Assembly: GCA_964477215.1 (NCBI GenBank)
Contig: CAYZET010000003.1
Span: forward strand, 1 to 32,068
Direction of reading: 5' to 3'
DNA: 32,068 nucleotides
Source of the DNA: an uncultured Syntrophaceae bacterium
GTDB lineage: Bacteria; Desulfobacterota; Desulfomonilia; Desulfomonilales; Desulfomonilaceae
The notes under the pieces: model-generated
The model's input: only the letters and a program-made list of their open reading frames with translations
Databases searched by the model: none
Told to the model about the DNA's origin: nothing
Made by a program: the position numbers and the translations under genes
Shown: positions 17,996 to 26,970 of the stretch, piece after piece
How positions within the stretch are numbered: the first letter of the stretch is position 1
How the letters are laid out: each line of letters starts with the position of its first letter

Positions 17996-18206
17996 GATAC
18001 CTCCCACACTTCCTATGGTTGTTCGTGAGAAGGGGTTTGGACGTGCAGCAATGCCCCTTGCCGAACCCAGGGCAGCCAAACTGGCACTTCAACTTCACCC
18101 ATGGAGCCGTGACAACGCTGCGGGGGTCTACTTGCTTGACAGCGGTGGCTCCCACCTCGATGGCCCGAGCGCAGTATTGTTCTAAGTCGTTATCGATATC
18201 GATCAT
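17943..18206 (-). pseudogene. truncated DUF2284-like (predicted metal-binding protein) 5' remnant
   Basis: ATG 18206 follows GAGGAAG. The first ~54 aa (…VVTAPWVKLKCQFGCPGFGKGHCC) resemble the N-terminal third of DUF2284 proteins, where my recollection is that C-P-P follows. After the CC codons (18045-18050) the frame reads through the ddl RBS and start and stops at 17943. A full-length family member would be about twice as long. Confidence 0.45.
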
Positions 18207-18365
18207 TCTTCCTCTACTGAGAGGGCTCAAGGATGATGTGGTCATGGCATGGCGCTCCGACGATCTGCAGATGTCTCAGAAAGGTGGCACCGCGGCCACC
18301 CGGTGTGCACGATGTCACGCTCCCTGCCCAGCCTCGTGAGAGGATGCTCCGAACATCATACCACA

Positions 18366-18399
18366 GGTCTGGTCATCCTTACACGGTCTGGTGATCCTT
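18366..18399. repeat. tandem direct repeat GGTCTGGT(C/G)ATCCTT x2, period 19
   Basis: Copies at 18366-18380 and 18385-18399 differ at one base and are separated by ACAC. They lie in the divergent intergenic region upstream of the first carboxylase-like set. Confidence 0.7.
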
Positions 18400-18455
18400 T
18401 GCTGCCTGGGAGCTCGAAGCAAAGTCCGCGAACGGCTTGTTGGAGGCTGGAGTTG

Positions 18456-18484
18456 TTGACGTCACTGGAGAAGAAGTCTATTAT
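18456..18484 (+). promoter_or_regulatory. candidate sigma-70-type promoter of carboxylase-like set 1
   Basis: TTGACG (18456-18461), a 17-nt spacer, then TATTAT (18479-18484), about 25 nt upstream of ATG 18509. It is only meaningful if the CDS starts at 18509 rather than TTG 18437. Confidence 0.3.
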
Positions 18485-18508
18485 GAGAAAAAACGTGGCT
18501 TCCAACCA

Positions 18509-20647
18509 ATGGCGAGACCTGCCGGATTCAGCGAGACGTTCATCATTGACGTGGATGTGGGAGGGACGTTTACCGATGCGATCGTCTCTTCCCGTTCAAG
18601 AAGTCTCTTTATCAAGGTCGATACTACCCAGCACGAGTTAAGCCTCTGTCTCCAGGAGGTGCTTCAACGAGCTGTAGCGGAGCTCGATCTTCCGGATGTG
18701 AGGTGTCTTCTGACGGCTACCACAGTAGCTCGGCTCTCCACCAGCCTTTCCACGAACTTTCTTGTCGAAGGGATAGGAGCCCAATGTGGTTTGATAGTGC
18801 CGCAAGGATGGAGAGGATCGTATATTTCGCACCTCCGTTCGATCAATTCGCCTTCTCTCAGGCTGGTAGAAGAGATGATTGCCGAAGTCTCATTGAACGG
18901 ACCACAGGGAGCAATAGACCAAGTTCTCGAAGACGAAATCCGTGACTCAGTCCAAAAACTTTTGGAGAGAGGCGTATCTATCATCGTGGTAAGCGTAGCG
19001 ACCGGTGAAGCGTGGGCTCAAGTCGAGCAGATGATCAAGCAGGTAATTCTGAGATACTATCCCTCTCATTTCATCGGATCCTTGCCCGTGCTGCTTAGCA
19101 GTCAGATTAGCTCCAGCCCGGACTTCTTCGAGCGCACGAACACCGCTGTCCTCAACGCATATTGTCACAGGCCGATGGCAAACATTTTCTATCAAATCGA
19201 GGACTTCTTGAGGAAGGAAGGCTATCCGTATCCGTTGTTGGTGGTTCATTGCAATGGGGGAAGTGCCCGAGTCGCGAAGACCAGAGCTATTCTGACTATC
19301 AATTCGGGCGCTGCCGCAGGAGTGTTGGGCGTTGGGAGGCTTGCCGGGGAATACGATCTAGAGAATGTGATTTCCGTAGATGTCGGTGGCACAACAACGG
19401 AGATCGGTCTGCTGCTGGATGGAGAAATCGATTACGGCACGTGGGAAGACGATGGCAATCCCCCGGTTGATCTGCCTCGTCCAGTGGCTCTGTCATTAGG
19501 TCTCGGCGGTGGCTCGCTGGTACGTATGGGGCAATCGGGAGAGCTCCTTGTGGGTCCACAGAGCGCAGGCGCTTTTCCCGGTCCCGCGTGTTACGAGCTT
19601 GGAGGGACGATTCCGACTCTTACCGACGCCTACCTAATTCTCGGGTACCTTGACCAGCACTACTACCTTGGTGGAGCTAAGAAGATAAACCTCGACCGAG
19701 CGGTTCGAGCCGTCACAGAGCATCTAGCAGTGCCTCTAGGCGTATCGTGCGAAGAGGCCGCTCTGCGGGTCAAGAAGCGAGCCCTGGAGATCCTGGGCAA
19801 AACTGTGACTGCAGTCATGGAAAGAACCGGGGTCCAAGAAGAAGAGTTCGCTCTCGCTGCTGTAGGGGGCGCCGGAGGATGCGTCGGTCCGGAGCTCTTT
19901 GCCCGTCTTCGCATGAAGAAGATGCATTTTTTCCGACACGGTGCGGTCTTCGGAGCATACGGAAGCAGCGGCATGGACGTAGTGCACCTTTACGAGCATC
20001 GGTTCCACCTGAGTTGTTTCGGCCGACGGTCAGAAGCTCAGAAGAACGCAAAGATCGTGAATGCCGTGGTGGCCGATATCCAGCGCCTCGCGTGCAAAGA
20101 TATGCGAGGCGAAGGGTTCCGCGGCGAAGACATTCGATTCGACGTTGAGGCCGAATTTATGACGCCAAATGGGAGGATCCCGGTACGTACCAGGATGCCA
20201 AGCCCGTTTCTTTGGCCTTCACGGGATTGGCCCACCATTGCCGAGCGAGTTGCTGTCAAGCTCAAAGACGAGAATCCCGAGACTTGGGAGACCATCACGC
20301 TCTCGAGGCTCTTCGTGAGGGCCAAGGCCCACCTGCCAAGGAATGAGAACGGAGCGGATTCCTTTATAACGCGGAATCCGAAGGGAAAGAATTCCTTCAA
20401 AGGTACTCGTGCCGTGTACGGCGATTCCGGAACGTGGCTGGAATATCCCGTGTACGAGTGGGATCTGTTGCCTGCACCGTTGATCATGAAAGGACCGGCA
20501 ATCCTGGAGGCATCCCATACCACCGTGCTCTTGCCTCCCGGCACGGTGCTCGAATTGGATCAGAACCTCAATGGAACGGTCCGGTTGATCGGAAGTGACA
20601 ATGAAGATCAGAATCACGGAATACCTGGACATAGATGTCCGGACTGA
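18509..20647 (+). CDS. hydantoinase A/oxoprolinase-family subunit (HyuA-like; carboxylase-like set 1, position 1)
   Basis: N-terminal ASKHA phosphate-1 motif DVDVGGTFTD and a second motif VDVGGTTTEIG. Length is 712 aa from ATG 18509. TTG 18437 is possible, but its 24 extra residues have no counterpart in the three paralogues. Confidence 0.85.
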   Translation: MARPAGFSETFIIDVDVGGTFTDAIVSSRSRSLFIKVDTTQHELSLCLQEVLQRAVAELDLPDVRCLLTATTVARLSTSLSTNFLVEGIGAQCGLIVPQGWRGSYISHLRSINSPSLRLVEEMIAEVSLNGPQGAIDQVLEDEIRDSVQKLLERGVSIIVVSVATGEAWAQVEQMIKQVILRYYPSHFIGSLPVLLSSQISSSPDFFERTNTAVLNAYCHRPMANIFYQIEDFLRKEGYPYPLLVVHCNGGSARVAKTRAILTINSGAAAGVLGVGRLAGEYDLENVISVDVGGTTTEIGLLLDGEIDYGTWEDDGNPPVDLPRPVALSLGLGGGSLVRMGQSGELLVGPQSAGAFPGPACYELGGTIPTLTDAYLILGYLDQHYYLGGAKKINLDRAVRAVTEHLAVPLGVSCEEAALRVKKRALEILGKTVTAVMERTGVQEEEFALAAVGGAGGCVGPELFARLRMKKMHFFRHGAVFGAYGSSGMDVVHLYEHRFHLSCFGRRSEAQKNAKIVNAVVADIQRLACKDMRGEGFRGEDIRFDVEAEFMTPNGRIPVRTRMPSPFLWPSRDWPTIAERVAVKLKDENPETWETITLSRLFVRAKAHLPRNENGADSFITRNPKGKNSFKGTRAVYGDSGTWLEYPVYEWDLLPAPLIMKGPAILEASHTTVLLPPGTVLELDQNLNGTVRLIGSDNEDQNHGIPGHRCPD

Positions 20648-20936
20648 ACACTGGTGCTGCAGCCGATGTGGCCATCAGCTCTGGAGCGCACGGGACAATT
20701 ACAAGAAGGGTTGTATCGTCGGAGAACGAGACCCTCGATCGATCTATCCTCCAGTCCTCGATGGTGAATTCACGTTCTCACCCGATCCGGAGTGGATTCG
20801 AATTGTGGAGTTCTACTGTCCCCAATGCGGGACAATGATTGAGAACGAGTTTCTCCCTCCGGGACACCCTCCTACTCACGACATCGAACTGGACATGGAT
20901 GCTTTCAAGGAAAGGCACACAGGCAAAGAAGAATGA
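20601..20936 (+). CDS. acetone/acetophenone carboxylase gamma-subunit-family small Cys4 protein (set 1)
   Basis: 111 aa: MKIRITEYLDIDV..., with CxxC pairs (CSRCG and CPQCG) and EFLPPGHPPTHD. It is clearly paralogous to the ORF at 29375. It overlaps the upstream gene by 47 nt and the downstream gene by an ATGA overlap. Confidence 0.85.
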   Translation: MKIRITEYLDIDVRTEHWCCSRCGHQLWSARDNYKKGCIVGERDPRSIYPPVLDGEFTFSPDPEWIRIVEFYCPQCGTMIENEFLPPGHPPTHDIELDMDAFKERHTGKEE

Positions 20937-23083
20937 ATCCCATGACTCCCAACAGCATAGACATCGACGTGGGAGGCACGTTCACCGATTGCTATGTGCA
21001 CCATCAGGGAAGGGTGGTGAGCGCGAAATCTCCCACCACGGGATTCGATTTGTGGGTGGGATTCTTTCGAGCCCTGACGGAAGCGGCGAAAGCTCTCGAT
21101 GTGCAATTCCATGCCCTCCTCCATCAGACGAACGTCATTCGGTACTCGACGACGTTGGCGATGAACAAGCTGCTCGAACGAAAAGGACCGAAGCTCGGAC
21201 TCATCACTACCAAGGGATTTGAAGATTCGGTGCTAATAGGTAGGGGAGCCCAGTGGGATGACGGGCTATCCAAGCGGGAAAGTAGAAATCTGGCTTCAGT
21301 ACGGAAGCCTGAGCCGCTGATCCCGAGAAGGTGGATAGTCGGCGTCAAAGAGCGGATCGATCATGCAGGGAGGATTCTAAGACCACTGGATGAAGAGGAC
21401 ACGAGAAGGAAGATCGTAGACCTCATGGGCTGGGGCGTGAGAGGCATTGTGGTTTCTTTGCTCTGGGCTCATCGCAATCCGGTCCACGAGCTGCGCATCA
21501 GGGAGCTCATCGAGGAAGAGTACCCGCAGAGTTGCTTGGGAAGCCTCAATGTGGTTCTCGCCCATGAGCTACAGCCGAAGAAGGGGGAGTACCAGCGGAC
21601 TATAACTGCGGTGCTGAACTCCTATCTTCACGAGTCCATGGCTCGCGACCTGTTGAGCATTCGAGCCGAGCTCAGAGAGATGGGGTATGCCGGTCCCCTC
21701 CTCATGGTTCACAACTCTGGTGGAATGGCAGAATTGAGTAAAACTCGCGCAATTGACACGTTCAACGGGGGACCAATAGCGGGTATTGTCGGAAGTCTAG
21801 AGATCGCGAAGTTGTACGGTTTTGAGAATGTCATCACTACGGATATGGGGGGAACCAGTTTCGATGTAGGTGTCGTTACGGAAGGACGCCCCCACTTCTT
21901 TGAGGTTCGCCCAACGATAGATCGGTGGATGGTAAACACAACCATGATCGCTGGGAAGTCCATCGGAGCAGGCGGAGGCTCTATCGCCCGCATCAACGAA
22001 TGTTTAGGAAATCTGCTCGAAGTCGGCCCTCTCAGTGCCGGCGCAATGCCGGGCCCGGCATGTTACAATTTGGGCGGATCAGAACCTACGGTAACGGACG
22101 CTGATGTGGCACTGGGCTACATCAATCCCGCCTATTTCCACGGTGGGAAGATTAAGCTCGACCGAGAGCTTGCTTTGAAAGCCATCGAAGCGAAGGTAGC
22201 CCGTCCGCTCGGCATGACCGCCGAACAGGCGGCGTTTGCAATAAGGACCCTTGTTGACGGCAACATGGGAAACCATCTCTTCAAGGAAACAGTGCTTCGC
22301 GGTCACGACCCGAGGGAATATATTCTGTTCAGCTTCGGAGGAGCCGGACCGACTCATTGCTGCGGTTATGCTTCTGTGGGCCAAATCGATAGATTGATAG
22401 CTTTCCCGTTTTCACCGGTATTCTGCGCGTATTCAGGATCGCTGATGGACATCCGACATGTGTACGAGGTCTCTCGGCGATTGAGCGTTCTCAGACCGGG
22501 TCAGAAAGACCCCGTTCTTGACCTCGATGAGTTCAACAAGACTGTCAGGAAGCTTATAGGCGAGGCATTTGCAAACGCCAAAGCAGAAGGCCTGGATCCT
22601 GGAAAACTCGTCTTCATCCTGGAGCTTGACATGAAGTATGGAGGGCAATTGCATTTCAAGAGAACGACCTCTCCAGGGCTCCTGTTGGTGAACATGCAAG
22701 AAGTCGAAACGCTTCTGACCACATTCGGCGAGGATTATGCTCATTCGTTCAGTCCCGCGGGAGTGTTTCCCGAAGGGGGAGTCAGCATAGAGAATTTTGT
22801 GTTGCACGCCATCTATCCCCTCAAGAAGCTCAGCCTTCCGTCGTATCCCTCCAAATCGTCAAAGGTGAATCGACAAGCGAAAAAGGGGTGGAGAAACGTC
22901 TACTGGGACAACGAGAAGGAATTCGTGAAGACGCAGATCTACGACAGCAGCGAGTTGTGTGCCGGCAACGTCATCGAAGGTCCGGCGGTCATTGAGGCCC
23001 AGCATACAACCCTGGTTCTGCCCGATGGCGCCACCCTCCGCATGGATAAGCATTTGAATGCAGTCATCGATTTGACGAATTAA
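20933..23083 (+). CDS. hydantoinase A/oxoprolinase-family subunit (HyuA-like; set 1, position 3)
   Basis: DIDVGGTFTD at the N-terminus, MVHNSGGMAE, and a second phosphate motif TDMGGTSFDVG. 716 aa. It shares long near-identical blocks with the ORF at 29746. Confidence 0.9.
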   Translation: MNPMTPNSIDIDVGGTFTDCYVHHQGRVVSAKSPTTGFDLWVGFFRALTEAAKALDVQFHALLHQTNVIRYSTTLAMNKLLERKGPKLGLITTKGFEDSVLIGRGAQWDDGLSKRESRNLASVRKPEPLIPRRWIVGVKERIDHAGRILRPLDEEDTRRKIVDLMGWGVRGIVVSLLWAHRNPVHELRIRELIEEEYPQSCLGSLNVVLAHELQPKKGEYQRTITAVLNSYLHESMARDLLSIRAELREMGYAGPLLMVHNSGGMAELSKTRAIDTFNGGPIAGIVGSLEIAKLYGFENVITTDMGGTSFDVGVVTEGRPHFFEVRPTIDRWMVNTTMIAGKSIGAGGGSIARINECLGNLLEVGPLSAGAMPGPACYNLGGSEPTVTDADVALGYINPAYFHGGKIKLDRELALKAIEAKVARPLGMTAEQAAFAIRTLVDGNMGNHLFKETVLRGHDPREYILFSFGGAGPTHCCGYASVGQIDRLIAFPFSPVFCAYSGSLMDIRHVYEVSRRLSVLRPGQKDPVLDLDEFNKTVRKLIGEAFANAKAEGLDPGKLVFILELDMKYGGQLHFKRTTSPGLLLVNMQEVETLLTTFGEDYAHSFSPAGVFPEGGVSIENFVLHAIYPLKKLSLPSYPSKSSKVNRQAKKGWRNVYWDNEKEFVKTQIYDSSELCAGNVIEGPAVIEAQHTTLVLPDGATLRMDKHLNAVIDLTN

Positions 23084-23110
23084 GTGGCAGGCCCCAATGG
23101 AGATGCGGAC

Positions 23111-25231
23111 ATGATCCTGGACATGACTTTCACCGAGAGATTGAAGCCGGAACCGTTTGATCCCGTAGATCTGGAGTACATGCAGCGCCTTGACAGCGTC
23201 GATTTTGAGATTGCAGCGGAAAAGCTCAACATGATTGTTGAGGAAGCCAAAGACATCTTTGTGCGGAGCGGTGTGTCGAGCATGCTGCGATCCGGAGATG
23301 TTGCGGTAGGTATATACACCGCTAAGGGTGACATGGTCACGGCTGCATGCGGTTCATATTTGTACGCCGTATGCGGTCAACCCCAGATCAAGTACATCTG
23401 TGCACGTTGGAAAGACCATCCCACCGTGGGAGTAAGGCCCGGTGACATATTCTACGCAAATGACGCTGTATACGGCGGTGTCCACAATCCCGATCAGTTC
23501 GCGTTTATTCCCATTTTCTATGGCGATCGTCTAATCGCGTGGGCTGCTGCAGCCTGTCATCAGCCCGAAACAGGAGCTTGCGAGCCTGGAGGTATGCCCG
23601 TAAGCGCCAGAACCAGATATGACGAGGGACTTAAATTGAGTCCTATCAGGATCGGTGAAGATTTCGTGCTGCGTGAGGACCTCCTGGAGATGATGGCCAA
23701 CATGGTTTCGCGAGCACCCCACATGCAACTCATCGATTTGAAAGCTCGGGTGCTAAGTTGCGACCGGGTGAGGATTCGCGTGGAACAACTGGCCAAGGAC
23801 AAGGGACCGGAGTTTCTCATGGGGGTTTTCACCAGAGTGATAGCCATGACTTCGGAAGCGGCCCGGGCTAGGATATCGAGCTGGGTCGATGGTACGTTTC
23901 GAAGCGTTGTTTTTACGGACCATATAGGTATCGACGAAGGACTCGTGCGAGGCAAATGCACTCTGATCAAGCGAGGAGAAAGACTCCATTTCGATTTCAC
24001 GGGTACCTCACCGGAGACACCGGGGCCGTACAATGCGTTCAAGCATACAATGGTTGCTCACTGCGCCATGTACCTCTATGGCTTTCCTTTCAATGACCTG
24101 CCTCTGTCTGCCGGTATATGGGAGCCCATCGATTTCACCGTGCCGCGAGGAACCTGCCTCAATGCCAATCCGGAATCGGCAGTCGCGAACTCCGTGCTCG
24201 TCTGCAGCCTTGCCATGTGCCTGACCCACTTGACGATGTCCAAGCTTCTCTTTGCATCAGGGCAGATCGATCAGGCTACCGCTCCATACGGAAACAATGG
24301 TGACGCGTACGTCATGTCCGGAAGTAACCAATGGGGGATCCCGTTTACTGACATGCTGGCTTATCCGCTCACCTGCGAAGGGGGAGGTGCCCGCCATAAT
24401 TCCGACGGAGTCGACGCGTGGGGTTTTCCCTGGGGGCCGTGGGGAAGGGGTCCGGATGTCGAAGAGGAAGAGGATGAACGTCCGCACGTGCATCTCTTCC
24501 AGAAGATTCTTAAGGATTCGTGCGGACACGGCAAGTATCGAGGGGGAGCAGGGATTACGGTGGCCTGGATGGTTCAGGGAGCTCCCGCCGCGGTTTACCA
24601 ATCAATCGTGAAGTCGTCCCGGGTGCAGGCTCTCCAATCGTTTTTCGGAGGATATCCTCCGCCCACCCATCCGGGCATCCAACTGCGAAATACCGGGATA
24701 CCAGACCGAATGAGGCTCGGATCCGCGGACATTCCCGCGGATGTTTATGAGCTTGTGTTAGACGAATCTCTCAGGGGTCTCTGTGAAGTTACCACGAATT
24801 TGCGGAAAGCGATGCCCTTTGCAGAGGGAGACGTCTTCGTCGGATGCTCCCACGGAGGAGTTGGATACGGCGATGTTCTGGAACGGGACCCGGCTCTCGT
24901 CATGGAAGACGTGCAGAACGGGATCATTTCCGACTGGGTGGCCCGGAATGTGTACTGTGTGGCATACGATCCGGTTACCATGACGGTACTCCGAACGGAA
25001 ACGCAAGAACAGAGGAATGCGGCAAGGAAAGCCCGCCTGGCGTCCGGCCGCTCTTACCAGAGCTTCTTTGCCGAATGGGCTGACATTAAGCCCCCCGACA
25101 ATATCCTGAAATACTATGGAACCTGGCCGGATGCGGCCTCGGGAGCGAGAGAGGAGAATGAAGACCAGGGCCATCCCCCCACGGCAACTCTGAATTCTTT
25201 GACCAATAGGCCAGACCATGAGGACACATGA
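23111..25231 (+). CDS. hydantoinase B/oxoprolinase-family subunit (HyuB-like; set 1)
   Basis: HyuB-type features include C-terminal SHGGVGYGDVLERDPALVMEDVQNGIIS. The N-terminus aligns with the partial ORF at 31890 (LKPEPFD / LKPEPPD; FVRSGVSS / FVRSSRSS). ATG 23111 after GGAGA is preferred, and GTG 23084 is possible. Confidence 0.88.
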   Translation: MILDMTFTERLKPEPFDPVDLEYMQRLDSVDFEIAAEKLNMIVEEAKDIFVRSGVSSMLRSGDVAVGIYTAKGDMVTAACGSYLYAVCGQPQIKYICARWKDHPTVGVRPGDIFYANDAVYGGVHNPDQFAFIPIFYGDRLIAWAAAACHQPETGACEPGGMPVSARTRYDEGLKLSPIRIGEDFVLREDLLEMMANMVSRAPHMQLIDLKARVLSCDRVRIRVEQLAKDKGPEFLMGVFTRVIAMTSEAARARISSWVDGTFRSVVFTDHIGIDEGLVRGKCTLIKRGERLHFDFTGTSPETPGPYNAFKHTMVAHCAMYLYGFPFNDLPLSAGIWEPIDFTVPRGTCLNANPESAVANSVLVCSLAMCLTHLTMSKLLFASGQIDQATAPYGNNGDAYVMSGSNQWGIPFTDMLAYPLTCEGGGARHNSDGVDAWGFPWGPWGRGPDVEEEEDERPHVHLFQKILKDSCGHGKYRGGAGITVAWMVQGAPAAVYQSIVKSSRVQALQSFFGGYPPPTHPGIQLRNTGIPDRMRLGSADIPADVYELVLDESLRGLCEVTTNLRKAMPFAEGDVFVGCSHGGVGYGDVLERDPALVMEDVQNGIISDWVARNVYCVAYDPVTMTVLRTETQEQRNAARKARLASGRSYQSFFAEWADIKPPDNILKYYGTWPDAASGAREENEDQGHPPTATLNSLTNRPDHEDT

Positions 25232-26663
25232 CGTGCCACGAACGGATGCTCGGAATCCGAGAACGATCTTGGTGATCGAAAGCGACGGATACTGTCGTTT
25301 CTTCTTTGATGAGGTTCTCCGTCAGGGAGACCTGTCAATTGTCATCGCAGCCGACACCGTGAGCGGGAGCAGGATGCTGGAAGAGCGCGATTTCGACGCG
25401 GTAATCGTAAATCTTCCCACGTTCAGTCAATCCCAACTTGCCTCGGTAAGCATACTGGCACAGGGCAACTGCCGGGTACCTATCATTGCAGTTTCGGAGA
25501 GATTTGAGGTCGACTTCGCGGTCGAAGTGATTCGTAGTGGCGCATTTGACTACTTGACGAAGCCGTTCAACAACATTGCCCGCTTGGAAAGCGCCCTCCG
25601 AGAAGCATTTGCCAAACGCGATCGGGCCAGGGAAGCAGCGCACCTGAGCCAAGCAGAAGTGCAATCCCACGGCCTGATGGGGAGCAGCAAGCCCCTCAGG
25701 GAGCTCCTTGCAGTTATCAACCAGATTGCCGCGCTCAACGTGAGCGTGCTCATAACGGGCGAGAGCGGTACCGGCAAGGAGCTCGTAGCTCGCGCAATCC
25801 ACGTCCGAAGCAACCGCAGCAGCGGGCCGTTCTTTGCCGTCAACTGCGGAGCATTGCCCGAGGGACTTGTGGAAAGCATGCTGTTCGGTCACGAGAAAGG
25901 GGCTTTTACCGGAGCAGTGAGCGCTTCCCCGGGTTTCCTGGAAAAGTCGAGAGGAGGAACCCTTTTCCTGGATGAGGTGGGCGAGCTCAGCCCGAAAGCG
26001 CAGGTCACTCTCTTGAGATTCCTCGAAGAGCGCGAGTTCCTCCGAGTGGGAGGCACCAAGACTCTTCATTCCGACGCTCGCATCATCGCGTCCACGAACA
26101 GGGACCTGGAAAGGGAGGTTGCTGAACACCGATTTCGAGCCGACGTCCATTTTCGCCTGAACGTAGTACATCTGAAGGTGCCGCCTCTGAGGAAGCGCAA
26201 AGACGATATTATCAATCTTGCCCGCTACTTCATGAAGAAATTCAGTCTATCCAATGCCGTGCCAGTACGAACGCTCTCGCCTGAAGCGGCACGAGTGCTC
26301 GAACGATACGATTGGCCGGGAAACGTCCGTGAGCTGGAAAATCTCATCGAGGGATTAATGGCAATCCTTCCAAGTTCCACTCAAACAATCAGTGACAGGG
26401 ACATCCTCGCGTACTCGGATAAGATCCGGCGGTTTGCAGGAGAATCCGAGGGCAACGAATCGATCTCGTCGCTCGCGAATTTGACTCACCGTCAGGCCGT
26501 GGAGCAGTTCGAAACTACGTACCTCAGAGCAGTCCTGGATGCCCACGAAGGGAATGTCACCCGAGCGGCAAAGGCTGCGGACATTCATCCGGTAACGTTT
26601 CATCGGAAGCTCCGAAAGTTAAAAGCAGTACGTTCAGGTCGCGGGGACATTCGTCGCAGTTGA
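25218..26663 (+). CDS. sigma-54-dependent transcriptional activator (NtrC-family EBP) with degenerate receiver domain
   Basis: AAA+ core has Walker A GESGTGKE, GAFTGA, and Walker B FLDEVGEL. The C-terminal Fis-type HTH is GNVTRAAKAADIHPVTFHRKLRKL. The N-terminal CheY-like domain retains S and K (IIAVSE, YLTKPF) but has VIVNLP where LLSDIRMP carries the phospho-acceptor Asp in NtrC. The start overlaps the HyuB stop by 14 nt. Confidence 0.9.
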   Translation: MRTHDVPRTDARNPRTILVIESDGYCRFFFDEVLRQGDLSIVIAADTVSGSRMLEERDFDAVIVNLPTFSQSQLASVSILAQGNCRVPIIAVSERFEVDFAVEVIRSGAFDYLTKPFNNIARLESALREAFAKRDRAREAAHLSQAEVQSHGLMGSSKPLRELLAVINQIAALNVSVLITGESGTGKELVARAIHVRSNRSSGPFFAVNCGALPEGLVESMLFGHEKGAFTGAVSASPGFLEKSRGGTLFLDEVGELSPKAQVTLLRFLEEREFLRVGGTKTLHSDARIIASTNRDLEREVAEHRFRADVHFRLNVVHLKVPPLRKRKDDIINLARYFMKKFSLSNAVPVRTLSPEAARVLERYDWPGNVRELENLIEGLMAILPSSTQTISDRDILAYSDKIRRFAGESEGNESISSLANLTHRQAVEQFETTYLRAVLDAHEGNVTRAAKAADIHPVTFHRKLRKLKAVRSGRGDIRRS

Positions 26664-26770
26664 AAGCTAGTAAGCGTTCGATGGCCTCCTCTTCATAACA
26701 GAGATCGAAGTTTCCCAAACGGCCCTGCAGACATTTCCGACGACTCTACGATAGCACAATCGCATCACTG

Positions 26771-26784
26771 TAGCAATATTGCTA
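26771..26784. repeat. perfect 14-bp palindrome TAGCAATATTGCTA (candidate activator binding site)
   Basis: Read directly. It lies about 190 bp upstream of the -24 element at 26971. Confidence 0.4.
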
Positions 26785-26842
26785 GTGGGCTAACAATGCG
26801 ACATTACAAAGGATGTCATCCATCCTAGCCGGAATGATACTC

Positions 26843-26856
26843 TCATCGGTCGATGA
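26843..26856. repeat. inverted repeat TCATCG-GT-CGATGA
   Basis: Read directly. It has 6-bp arms and lies about 120 bp upstream of the -24 element. Confidence 0.3.
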
Positions 26857-26925
26857 CTCCCGAGCCATCCTCACCACTGACCCCATCGCGGCCATAATCG
26901 ACAGGCCCTAACTTGCTGATTTTCT

Positions 26926-26939
26926 GACAGTTAACTGTC
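26926..26939. repeat. perfect 14-bp palindrome GACAGTTAACTGTC
   Basis: Read directly. It ends 31 bp upstream of the -24 TGGCAC. An IHF-consensus-like AATCAGCAAGTTA (minus strand, 26909-26921) is adjacent. Confidence 0.35.
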
Positions 26940-26970
26940 GCAAGCCAGCTCGCCTCTCTCCTTCGCAGCC

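Noticed and set aside
18389-18402. Sigma-54-like TGGTGATCCTTTGC upstream of set 1
   Set aside because: The GG-to-GC spacing is one nucleotide shorter than the strict -24/-12 spacing. TGGCACCGCGGCCAC at 18285-18299 lacks the -12 GC. Neither is called as a promoter.
25335-26171. 278-aa minus-strand ORF (and the nested 25550-25879 ORF)
   Set aside because: It is antisense to the sigma-54 activator, whose Walker, GAFTGA and HTH motifs fix the coding strand.
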